DNA from: Takakia lepidozioides
Lineage: Eukaryota; Plantae; Bryophyta
DNA length: 64,000 bases
Direction: 5' to 3'
Assembly (NCBI GenBank): GCA_030704615.1
Contig: CM060734.1
Span: 46,996,001-47,060,000, forward strand
Shown: positions 27,072 through 37,508 of the stretch, in pieces
Position numbering within the stretch: position 1 is the stretch's first letter
Layout of the letters: each line of letters starts with the position of its first letter
The notes under the pieces: model-generated
What the model saw: the letters and a program-made list of their open reading frames with translations, nothing else
Told to the model about the DNA's origin: nothing
The model's database searches: none
Position numbers and translations under genes: made by a program

Positions 27072-28537
27072 GTAGAGCAGTTTCATTCGGTTCTGATTCT
27101 AGAGTGGTCCAGGAGTTACTGTGGTCCAGGAGTTAAAAGAGGGGGCCAATGTAGGAAGGCCACCTGTATTAATTAATGAAATGACTGGTCCAAAAATTAA
27201 GGATTGACTTTCTAGCGTGGGCTTTCTAGATAGTTCTAGTTTTAGCTGACTTTCTAGATAGTTCTAGTTCTAGTTGACTTTCCAGTTTCTAGATACTTCC
27301 ACTAATATGTCGGTCCTGTGAGAAGCAACTGACTAGTTGCTTGTAACTTGTGTCTTCAACATACTGGCACAGGCACTAGTAGCGTGTGTCACTAGTGGTT
27401 TGAGAGCCAGAGCCAGCGTGAGTAGTTCTTTGCTATGTTGGGGGTCGGGCCAAGTATGGCAGGTAGGATCAAAGTGGTTGCAAGAGGGAAAGGCAAAGTG
27501 GCGGAGGGTGCAGAGAAGTTCATAGAGGCAAGTGTTACTATCGGCGTGGGTGGAGCAGATATCGACGTCACATCCTTACAGAAAATGGAAGAGTTTATTT
27601 CTACCCGCTGCATTTATGGTTTATGTGCGCTTGAAAGAGGTGACAGTTTGTTCCATTTGCATTTGCAAATGGTCTGTAGGTTGTATGTATCAAGTTTAAT
27701 TATGTTAAACAAGCTTATCAAAAAGTCTCTTGGGTGGGATATCCCGAGGCTTACACCCACCGGACATCTTGTCCACTGTAAAGCACTTCGTGGTAAAGGG
27801 CTTTATACTTTTATGGGCATGGTTGGTTATTGTCTGAAAAATGCCGATAAACCAGGTTTCACAATTGTGCACAGAAATGTAAGTGCCGACCAGATGCAGG
27901 AAGGTCTAGATTTGTATATCAGATACGGTGCGTCCTCGACGAAGAACCGTGTATGCCTCACACACCAAAATGTATTGGAGCGGGCACAAATGTGGAACAA
28001 ATACAAAATGCGCAAGCAGCTCGCCAATAATTTGCCATCTGTGTTACTGAGCATGCTAAAATCCGGTCAGTTTTACCCTTCAGCTGCATGGGTGGTGCCC
28101 TACAAAAATAGTGGAATGGATTTCCATAGAGCTGGTTCTATCTGGAAGGCAATGGTGCAGCCGCAAGAATTGGAGATGGTCGACATTGCTCGAATTTTCT
28201 ACAAGTGCTCCACCGGTTTTTCACGACTTCGAGACCTCTTCTCTACGGAAGTTGCTGATAATTTTGCCGCTTTACCCATGCAATCTAACTTTGCCGGTTC
28301 AGAAAGGACCATTCTTACGCCAATGGATCAAGTCATAGCTACCCAGGTCCCTTTTATCCCGCTTGTTCACAAATTTAGTGACATTCACCATGCATTTTAG
28401 TGACCGGTGGCTTCCTATATAGCAACCTGGAGTAGGTTGACTCTCGGTTCTCATTTCCGCAACTCTTGTGTTACGCACTTATTAATAAAGTTTGACACTT
28501 GACCATCCAACGATTAAAAGAAATCTCAATATGTAGA
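27070..28537 (+). mobile_element. Replitron-like HUH (Y1 Rep) DNA transposon
   Basis: Homology to the paralogous copy breaks at 27071 and resumes at about 28552. Direct repeat ATGTAGA at 27070-27076 and 28531-28537. Single HUH ORF, no helicase. Confidence 0.82.
27435..28400 (+). CDS. Replitron HUH endonuclease/transposase (321 aa; alternative start at 27456)
   Basis: Rolling-circle Rep motifs in order: motif I SVTIG, motif II ERG..FHLHLQ (HUH), motif III GYCLK (single Tyr, YxxK). Uninterrupted frame, no SF1/SF3 helicase. Confidence 0.85.
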   Translation: MLGVGPSMAGRIKVVARGKGKVAEGAEKFIEASVTIGVGGADIDVTSLQKMEEFISTRCIYGLCALERGDSLFHLHLQMVCRLYVSSLIMLNKLIKKSLGWDIPRLTPTGHLVHCKALRGKGLYTFMGMVGYCLKNADKPGFTIVHRNVSADQMQEGLDLYIRYGASSTKNRVCLTHQNVLERAQMWNKYKMRKQLANNLPSVLLSMLKSGQFYPSAAWVVPYKNSGMDFHRAGSIWKAMVQPQELEMVDIARIFYKCSTGFSRLRDLFSTEVADNFAALPMQSNFAGSERTILTPMDQVIATQVPFIPLVHKFSDIHHAF

Positions 28538-29699
28538 CAGAGACAGAGTGTCTATGCGATTGAGCTGGAGTTTCTTAGTTTGAAGATGACTAATTTCTGG
28601 ACCTTTCATCTGTCCAAACGCATGTGATCTCACTAGAGAAGTTGCACACAGACTGCTCACTTGCTGTAGTACGAGTCCCTTTTTATATTTGACACATCGA
28701 AGACAAAGCTTGACTCCACAGCAGAGTTAGTTAATTAAGATGAACCGCTCAGAAACAAATTGGTGCCAACTTGACCCGATTGCACTCACTAGTACAGATT
28801 ATCGTTTTTATGACTGTAAATATCACTACATTTGCAGTGATAAGTGCAATTATGACTACATCACTCTGCAGTGACAAACAAGAAGTCAGTTCTACCATCA
28901 CTGCGGAGTGATAAGTGCGAAGTGATGGTCGTCACTGCAGACGTGGCACCTGCCAACGACTCAGAGTGACGTGGGGTGTAGTGTTGTAGTCATATTTATA
29001 CGACTACAAGGCTACGTGTCATGACTACACTTACGACTATGTCACTACAGATGAGCGCCAACATGGAGAGGTCTCTCCATGACACGCATGACTCCCCGAA
29101 TGTATATGACTACACGACTGTACCTTATGACTACACTTATGACTATATCACTACTCACTACATCATTGAGGGTAGCATGTGGTATATTTCATGACTACAA
29201 ATATGACTCCATCACTATAGGTTTGTACTAGTTCTGGTAGGTCATCTAACACGTGTCCTTATTCAATTAGTTTATAAAACCATTAATGTTATTTTATTTA
29301 TTAATTTCATGTAAATTTTATTTATCGTTTTGATATTCAGATATGTTTTAATATACAGAGCAATATATTTAATTGAATGAAAGAATTTCACACAAATACA
29401 CAGATTGTTGAATGTCGATCATACAACAAAAAACCAATGGGAAAAATGTTCTCATGGATGCCGCAAAGGCTCTACAATGAGCATTCAAGAAGCATGAAAG
29501 GCCACATGGATAAATAACCAAGCCTCAAAGGCTACAAGTCCCAAAACCCAAGCCCACACCGGGGCAGCAGTCCACTAGTACTCCTACAATTGAAGAGCTC
29601 TATTTACAAATCACCATTGTGGCATATTTTCAACTACATTGCATCACATAGTCCCACCATTGACTGGGATCAGAAAAATAATCATTCCACAACTTCTCA

Positions 29700-30970
29700 T
29701 CATTTGCCCCTAGGTCTCCAAAGCCTCTATCCCGCGCCCTTACTGTACATACCCTGCAATCATCACACTCCACAACACCACATGTCGTTCAGCCATACTA
29801 TCGAACACTCCCTTTGCATCCTCATTGCACCCACATTTGGCATACATATCCACCAAGGCAGTGTTCAGAATGACAGGTGCAATTCCAGATTTGATGATGC
29901 CACCATGCATCTTTTTGCCCTTTTCCAGGGCTGCCAGGCTTGCACGAGCATTGCAAACACACAAACGTGATCTGGTTACACTTCACCCCTTCCCCCATCA
30001 TTTGCTCATAGGTCTCCAAGGCCTCCATCTCGTGCCCCTGCTGTGCATATCCTGCAAGCATGGCATTCCATGCTTGTTCAGCCATACTATCGAACACTCC
30101 CTTTGCATCCTCGATGCACCCACATTTTGCATACATGTCCACTAGCCTCCAGGGTATTGTTCAGAATGACATCGGGTACAATCCAGCTCTGACAATGTCA
30201 CCATGGACCTCTTTGCCCTTTTCTAGGGCTGCCAGGCTTGCACATGCATTGCAAATGCACACAAACGTGATGTGGTTGGGCTTCACCCCTTCCCCCATCA
30301 TTTGATCATAGATCTCCAAAGCCTCCGTACCAAGTCACTGCTGTGCATACCCTGCAAGCATCGCGTTCCATGACACCACATCTCGTTCAGCCATAGACTT
30401 GTTGAAAACTCCCTTCGCATCCTTAATGCACCCACATTTCGCATACATGTCCACCAGGGCAAGGTTCAGAATAACATCTGGTACAATTCCAGCTTTGACG
30501 ATGTCACCATGGATCTCTTTCCCCTTTTCCAGAGCTCCCCTGCTTGCACACATTGCAAACACAAACAAATGTGATGTGGTTGGGCTTCACCCTTTTGCGC
30601 AGCATTTGCTCATAGGTCTCCAAAAGCATTCCTACCACACCCATGCTTGGTAAATCCTGCCAACATTATATTCCACGTGATCAAAGATCGACGTTGAGGC
30701 ATTCTGTTGAACACTTGGTGAGCATCCATGATGCTCCCACACTTAACATACATGTTGACAAGGGTGTTGAGTATGAAAACATTTGGTGTGAATCCACTGT
30801 AGATAATGTGAGTGTGCACCTACTTTCCAGCTTCTAGACCTTGAATCATCTTGATGCACTTAAGCAAGAGACCGACATACGTACCTGAATCTACTGAAAT
30901 TCCTCCTTGGTTTAAAGTCTGTAGAGCCTCTGTCAGTCTGCCTACCTCACCAAGCATCTTCACATGCCCA
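29700..30970 (-). pseudogene. PLS-class pentatricopeptide repeat array, frameshifted; no E/DYW domain seen
   Basis: Repeated P-L-S motifs: DVVSWNAMLAGYAQQG, ITFVC..NACASLAALEKGKEIH, NTALVDMYAKCGCIEDAKGVFDSM. Confidence 0.93.
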
Positions 30971-31079
30971 GAAGTGCCAGAAGAGCATTGTGGACTCCCT
31001 CTCTTGATCCTCTTTCAGACGATGTGGTCATGGTTGAGGTGCCTGATTTACCAACTGTGCCGCAGCAGCAGCTGCCTTT

Positions 31080-32560
31080 AGTTGACCATCTACCCATGTA
31101 GGTTTCTTGTGGCTATTGATCCACAGGGAATCATAGGTAATCTTGAGCTTGAAATCTGGCCATGTTTGCTGAATCTAGACCCACACTCTATCCCTGCACC
31201 TTCAGCTATCCTGCCTCTCCACAAATAGTGCATTCATCCTTGCGTTGCTGCTAGCAGCTAACAATGACAGCCTAGATTTGTTCTAGGAAACACCCAACTC
31301 AGCTTATCACACTAGTTCCTATGCTCAATTGCATTTGCTATTCTCTGTAATCCCACATGCATTCACCTTTTTGCCTCGATTGTCCCACCATTGATGACAG
31401 CTTCTCCTCGATTCTGTTACCTGTTTCTGGATACTTTCCTGTTGTCACATTGGCCGTATCATGTCAGTCACTTCAAACTATAAAAGGTTCATTCAACCAG
31501 CTAACTTGCAAAATTCAACTTGAAAATTTAAGGACGACTTTGATAATAGGGAAAAATAGGCTGAAATGTGTTGAAGGTGCCTTCATTAGCAGTGCCTTGT
31601 TCTATCAATTGTACTGCTGCCGCTTCTATTTCCAGTTGACCATCTACCCATGCAGATTTCTTGTAGCTATTGATCCACAGGGAATCAAAAGTAATCTTAT
31701 GTTTGAAACCCGGTCCTCTTGGATGAATCTAGACCTCTGTCCCTAGTCCTTCAGCTATCCTTGCCTGTGTAGAAAATCATGAATACATCTCAGCCTTGCT
31801 GCTGGCAGCTGACTGACGGCGTGACCTTCTTCCAGCAAACCCCAACCCTAATGATGAAAAGGCAAAACAAACTGCCAAAAGTTTGAAGAAGAAGGTGCTC
31901 ACCACATTGTTCTTGACCTTATGTCATGACACATGGAGGATTTAACCGACCATCAACCCAAAATGACCTCGTGTGTGTTGCTTGTGTCTGTAGTCAGGTA
32001 ATGTCGGATTGGTCAGACTGGACAAGTGTTCATTCCACCGCTTCTCCTCATTCTGTTATCTGTTTTTAGATACTTTCCTGCTACCACATCAGCAAAAACT
32101 TGTCAAGTCACCCCAAACCACCCACAGATCCACCTAATGAGCTAACTTACAGCATTCAACATGCATCTCAAGGCCGAGTCTGATGAGAGGGCAAAACAGG
32201 CTGAAATAGGTGGAAGAAGAAGGTGCCCTCACTACATTTCCTCGACCTTGTGTCATGACCCATGGAGGATTTGACTTACCATGAACCCAAGAGGACCTCT
32301 TGTGTGTACTTCTTGTGTCTGAGTCAGGTAATGTCGAATTGGTCTGTGAGAACCGCCACGGTGCAGCTGAGCGGGCAGAGATTGAAACATGGCCTGCTAA
32401 GACCAAGCTAACTCTCCCAAGAACCTTGTAAACATCAGGAAGAATACCAAATCATGGTAGTAACAGGAGCCAAGAGCGTACCTTTGCAGGATGGACAACA
32501 CACCTTGTGATTGCGGTTGTCCCACCATCGTGAAGGATCTTTATAAAACTCATGCCAGCT
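31080..32560 (-). pseudogene. Tandem OSB/PTAC9-type PDF ssDNA-binding motifs upstream of the PPR array
   Basis: SWHEFYKDPSRWWDNRNHK, intron 32344-32503, TNSTLPD..WVHGKSNPPWV; TNPTLPDYRHK..WVDGRLNPP; IHPRGPGFKHKITFDSLWINSYKKSAWVDGQL; QWWDNRGKK, intron 31175-31366, IQQTWPDFKLKITYDSLWINSHKKPTWVDGQL. Confidence 0.82.
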
Positions 32561-33659
32561 CACATCACGAATGAGCTAACTTGCAGAACTCTACATGAAA
32601 TTTTAGGGACGACTCTGATAACAGGGCAAAACAGGGTGAAATGTGCTGAAGAAGATACCTTCATTAGCAGCAAATTGTTCTATCAATTGTGCTGCTGCCA
32701 CTTCTGTTTCCAGGATGACATCTGGTACAATTCCAGCTTTGACAATGTCACTATGGACCTCTTTCCTCTTTTCCAGAGCTCCCAGCTATGCATAAGGAAG
32801 GCTGACAAGGAGTGGTCAACGAGGACATCTCAATAACTGCTTGTTGGTCTGAAACCCCAGGATGGGATCAGCAGGGTTTGTACCCACCCCTTCTCTCTTA
32901 TCCTACACAGTACAGAGAACAATGCTTGTTTCTGTGATTAATTCAGGCCTGGCACTCACAAAAACTATTGTGAATTGGGGAGTCATACAACCATGACACC
33001 GCTAATCAGATGAAGGACACTTCAACACTGGATTCGGCAGACCAAAACAGTCATGGGCACATATAACACAACACAGTTACATGAGGGAATGAATTCATAT
33101 ATGTGACTGCTCCGCACAGTACGCAGCCCTGCCAGGCAGGGCCCAGACCTGCACAGATACATTCACTCGATAACCGTTACACATCCTAAAAAAAAAACTA
33201 AACTCCTAAACATACAAAACTGTTTGAGAGGCCAAATTAGCAAACACCCAGACATGACATGGGCAGACATGGTCAATACAAGAGAGGGCCAAACATTTCA
33301 GCCCACTATACAATCCATCACTCATTCCAGGCAGGTAACACATATGAAAGAAAACACACACAAGGATCATTAAGGACCAATTTCGAAAGGGAAGGATTAA
33401 TATACATACCTGAGTCGGGAATATGCAGACATGTATAGCAGCAACATGTGCAACAAGTGTTTGGAAGCCATGACCATGCTGCATAAATCTGACTTAGTGA
33501 GTAGCCTCAGTTAACCCACTGGATGTCACCAAAGGCAAGATTGGACTTTCAGAAATAAGGCATGCTGCGAGTTTGAAGTTCCAAGCTATGCAGACCAATT
33601 TCAACTCCCCTAAAAACACCAAAGTACCCTATGTCTAATCATGGAAAACCTGGCTCCAC

Positions 33660-34170
33660 TCCACGAGATGTGGTGTCGTGGAGTGCGATGACTGCAGGAT
33701 ATACATAGCAAGGGCGCGAGATGGAGGCTTTGGAGACCTATGAGCACCTTCTTCAACACATTTCAGCCTGTTTTCCCTGTTATCAGAGTCGTCCCTAAAT
33801 TTTTAGGTTGAATTCTGCAAGTTAGCTCGTTGGTGCAAAAAAAGTGAATGCCTGTTGGAAGTGCAAGTCAGTATAGGAACTTGTGTGATAAGTAGGGTTA
33901 GGGTGTTTGTTGGAACAGATCTAGGCTGTCATTGTCAACTGCTAGCTGCAAGACAAAGATGTGTGCATGATTTGTGTAGAGGCAGAGATAGCTGAAAGAG
34001 CAGGGATAGAGAGTGGGTCCACATTCATCCAAGAGGGCCAAGATTACTTATGATTCCTTGGATCAATAGCTACAAGAAACCTGCGTGGAAGGTCTGGAAG
34101 CTGGAAAGCAGGTGCACACTCATATTATCCAAAGTGGATTCACGCCAAAAAAATTTCTACTCAACACCCA
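33660..34170 (+). pseudogene. Scrambled inverted mosaic of PPR and PDF gene pieces
   Basis: Consecutive pieces are reverse complements of a PPR P motif, 31500-31575, 31100-31360 and 30760-30840. Confidence 0.75.
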
Positions 34171-35054
34171 CCTGTGCTGTTTTCACCCACCCAGGCTCTC
34201 CACAGAATTGAAATTTTGCTTTGGAGTTTGTAGTTTTCACCAGTGTTTCTCTCTGGTGCCCTAAGTGATGATCTCTATGGCACTGTTGCAACTACAAACA
34301 GTATCACAGGTACCCACTGAATAGTGAGTGCTAGTTTTTTGGAGGTTTGCAAAGCATCATCAGCAGGTAGCTATTCAGGCCGGAAATCTGTTGTTGTGAA
34401 TCTTACTTGTGCAAGTAGACTGCTCCCCAGTCTATTGATTTTGCTGTTCAATTCTCCAGACTTAGTGTTTTAGGGGGTACCTTTTTTCTTTTTTTGGTTG
34501 CCATGGAATTAGCATGCGGCTATCGAAGACTCAACAGCAGTGTAGGATTAATGTTGAGAGGACTGCAAGGTAAATCTTCCTCAGGCCTCGAGGTTTTATA
34601 AGAAGGAGGAGGAAGCGTGAGCCTCTTTGCATCCGTTGCAGCCAAGCTGTGTCGTCTGAGGCTGCTGCGCATAGTAATGGAGATGAAGAGGGAGAGAATG
34701 ATGGAGCTATGGGCTTAGCCACGTTAGAACAGTATATTCAACTCAATGTTGGCTCTTGGAGTGGCACGTTCACAGTATGTATCCAGTAGCATTCTCGCTG
34801 TCTAGACCGGCAAAATCCTTGAAACTAGGACTGATTTCCAGAAATGTGATGCGCCTTTTGGGTCTCTACCTATTTAAGGAATTTTCCACATCCACATTTT
34901 TTCCTGGGTTGATTGAGTCCTAGAATTCTGCAGGATACTGACATTGATAAATTAACCCTTATGAAACACCTCCATTCCCTTCACCTTCGAAATGTAGAGG
35001 AAGTATCATGGTGGACAACTTATGCCTTCATTTTTAGCCATCATAAATCTGTGG

Positions 35055-35630
35055 TACGACACTCCCTTTGCACCCTCGATGCACCCACATTTTGCATACA
35101 TGTCCACGAGTACTGTTCAGAATGACATCGGGTACAATTCCAGCTCTGACAATGTTACCATGGATCTCTTTGCCCTTTTCCAGGGCTGCCAGGCTTACGC
35201 ATGCATTGCAAATGCAATCAAACGTTATGTGGTCGGGCTTCACCCCTTCCGCCATCATTTGATCGTAGGTCTCCAAAGCCTCCTTCCCGCGGCCTTGCTG
35301 TGCATACCTTGTAAGCATCGTTCAGCCACACTGTTTCAAACTCCCTTCACATCCTCGATGTACCCACATTTCGCATACATGTCCACGAGGGTGATATTGC
35401 AAACTTAACGAATGTGACCCGGTCCGGCTTCACCCCTTCCCGCATTATTTGCTCATACGTCTCCGAAGCCTCTATACCATGCCCCCACTGTGCATATCCT
35501 CGCCCTTCCTACATCATTTGCTTAAGAATAAGCTCAAGAAAACTGCATCAGTGCTCAAGAATAGGTCGCAAAGCCTCAACCCCACCCCCCTGCATTGCAT
35601 ATCCTGCGATCGTCTCGTTCCATGATATAA
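35055..35630 (-). pseudogene. Second PLS-PPR fragment cluster
   Basis: YAQQGRGKEALETYDQMMAEGVKPDHITF..CNACVSLAALEKGKEIH. Confidence 0.88.
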
Positions 35631-37508
35631 GTTCTCCCTGCTTCGGCTCGATACTACGAAAACATATGGTAGCGTGGGAGACAAAAAGAGGCTAAGTCCC
35701 AGCCCTGTGTGTTCACGGCTGAACGTGGGCAACCTTAAAGCAATTTTTTGAATTTTTTAACTTTTTGCACTTTGTGTCATTCCATCGACACAAGTCCTTT
35801 GTTAAAGATAGATGGATGAGGTCATCCAATGGATGAACCCATTCATGTATATGCCTTAAGATGCCATGTGTAGTGATGTAGTCATATAAACATAGTTGTG
35901 AAACCTACTGTAGTCATGTAGTCATAAGCTTCTATGGCATGTCATCAATGTGTAGTACTGGTGTAGTCATTTAGTCATAAGCTTATATGGCACATGTCTG
36001 ACGTGTAATATTGCGTATGACAACTAGTTATATAAACCAAGCATGTGTTCTTGGTCAACAATGTTTGACCACAGCTCCTAGTCATGTAGTAACATATATG
36101 ACTTCATTAGATTAAAATATATTAAAATGCGCCCAACAATGGGTTTCATCACTATGTAGTCACATATATAGTCATGGTTACCAAGGTTTATATTACCCGT
36201 AGTCATAAAAACGACAATCTGTACTAGTGACTTATCATTCATATTGTTTTGAAAGAACAATTGCAGGGTGGCAGTACATCTAAGTCCACAAACTGCACAG
36301 CATCCCACCAGTCGGTGGGTGAACATGACCTATACTCATGCTAAAATTATTATGACTGCACGTATGGCTGAATAGACTATCGATCTACAACAAAAATCGT
36401 AGCACTGAATTGCTGGGAGCTGATCATGTGCATCTATGCAAAGCGTCATCCGTTAAGTACTTGCAATGATTAATACGGCTTTATGGGTAAGCATGCTGAA
36501 CTTACTCTACACTTCTAGCTCCAAACACATGTGGGGAATAACTTCGACAATCTCTCTACAGTGTCCGGCCTTCATCATGACTTCATGAACCAGCAAGTCA
36601 GGGTTGTATCCTCAAGTGTCAGAGGATCCCTCAAAATTGTTACGCATGACCATAGGCAAAAGCACTACGAATTGTGAGTATGGAAAGCAAATCTACAGTT
36701 GATAATGCAGCCGGATCAGCAATCCTTGCCGGTTCATGAAGTTATGTCGGTGTTCTGGCACTTGCACAGGGCCCAATACGTCACAAACTTACAGTTCCCT
36801 CTTCTGGTCACTAGCGGATTGTTAATTGAGGGGACCTTGCTTATCTCCACCGCCATAACTTGAGGTAAATAATTCAAAGGTGTAAACTCTTAAAACTTAA
36901 TCTGTGACTTCATTGTCATTGTCAAATTATATCCAAGCTAGTTCCGGTGCATTTAATAGGCTGTGTTTGGCAACTAGATATATTACATGACCAATGACTT
37001 CGCTTGCAGACAAGATCCATATGGTGTTAGAAACATGAGAGTTTTATTTCATGAGGGGTGAGAGGGGGTGCCAAGTTTGTGATCATCATTGTTCATAACA
37101 ATGTCAACTCACTATCTCCCTGGTCTGCATGATATGCCTCCAATAAGTATTTGTCCAGGCTCCAAACCTCATATTATCAAGCATGCCTTGTGCGACCATC
37201 TCTGTCCGGCATACCTAGCACCTGCCCAAGAATGGCGCAAGCCCAAGAATGAGGATATTGCCATTGAGGTTGAAGAGCAGTGCCAGGATGAAGCAATGCC
37301 CCCGTCGTGTTTGGTTTCAGGGTCGTCCTAGACTCTAGTCGATTGCGTGTGGGAGAGACCGGGGAGGGGCCTAGTTTGGATTATCTAGGTGGAGGACTAC
37401 ATGACCTCGAGGACGGTCCATGTACTCTGCATGCACTGTTGCATTCCCGAGCCACTTCGTTGATATTGTCACCATTTTGAACCCACTGTCTGTTTTGCAG
37501 AACCCGAT

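Larger units (their letters stand above)
28787..36229. mobile_element. Non-autonomous CACTA with captured gene fragments (Pack-CACTA)
   Basis: TIRs CACTAGTACAGATTATCGTTTTTATGACT and AGTCATAAAAACGACAATCTGTACTAGTG. 3-bp TSD ACT (28784-28786, 36230-36232). ATGACTAC/GTAGTCAT subterminal arrays. No transposase seen. Confidence 0.93.
28552..36920 (+). repeat. Backbone repeat copy E, split by the CACTA insertion
   Basis: 28552-28750 best matches the reverse complement of 49100-49296; 36230-36920 matches parts of 16820-17820. Confidence 0.7.

Noticed and set aside
27435-28400. Helitron or endogenous CRESS/geminivirus Rep
   Set aside because: Single-Tyr motif, no helicase or Walker motifs, no capsid gene and no Helitron-type ends seen.
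28800-29220. CRISPR-like or satellite array
   Set aside because: These are irregular short ATGACTAC motifs mirrored at 35870-36205, i.e. CACTA subterminal repeats.
34531-34722. Transit-peptide exon of the PDF-PPR gene
   Set aside because: Ser/Pro/Ala-rich, but it starts at GTG and I cannot link it to the downstream exons.
29590-35695. Functional PPR-DYW editing gene
   Set aside because: Multiple stops, frameshifts and scrambling; no E or DYW motifs seen.
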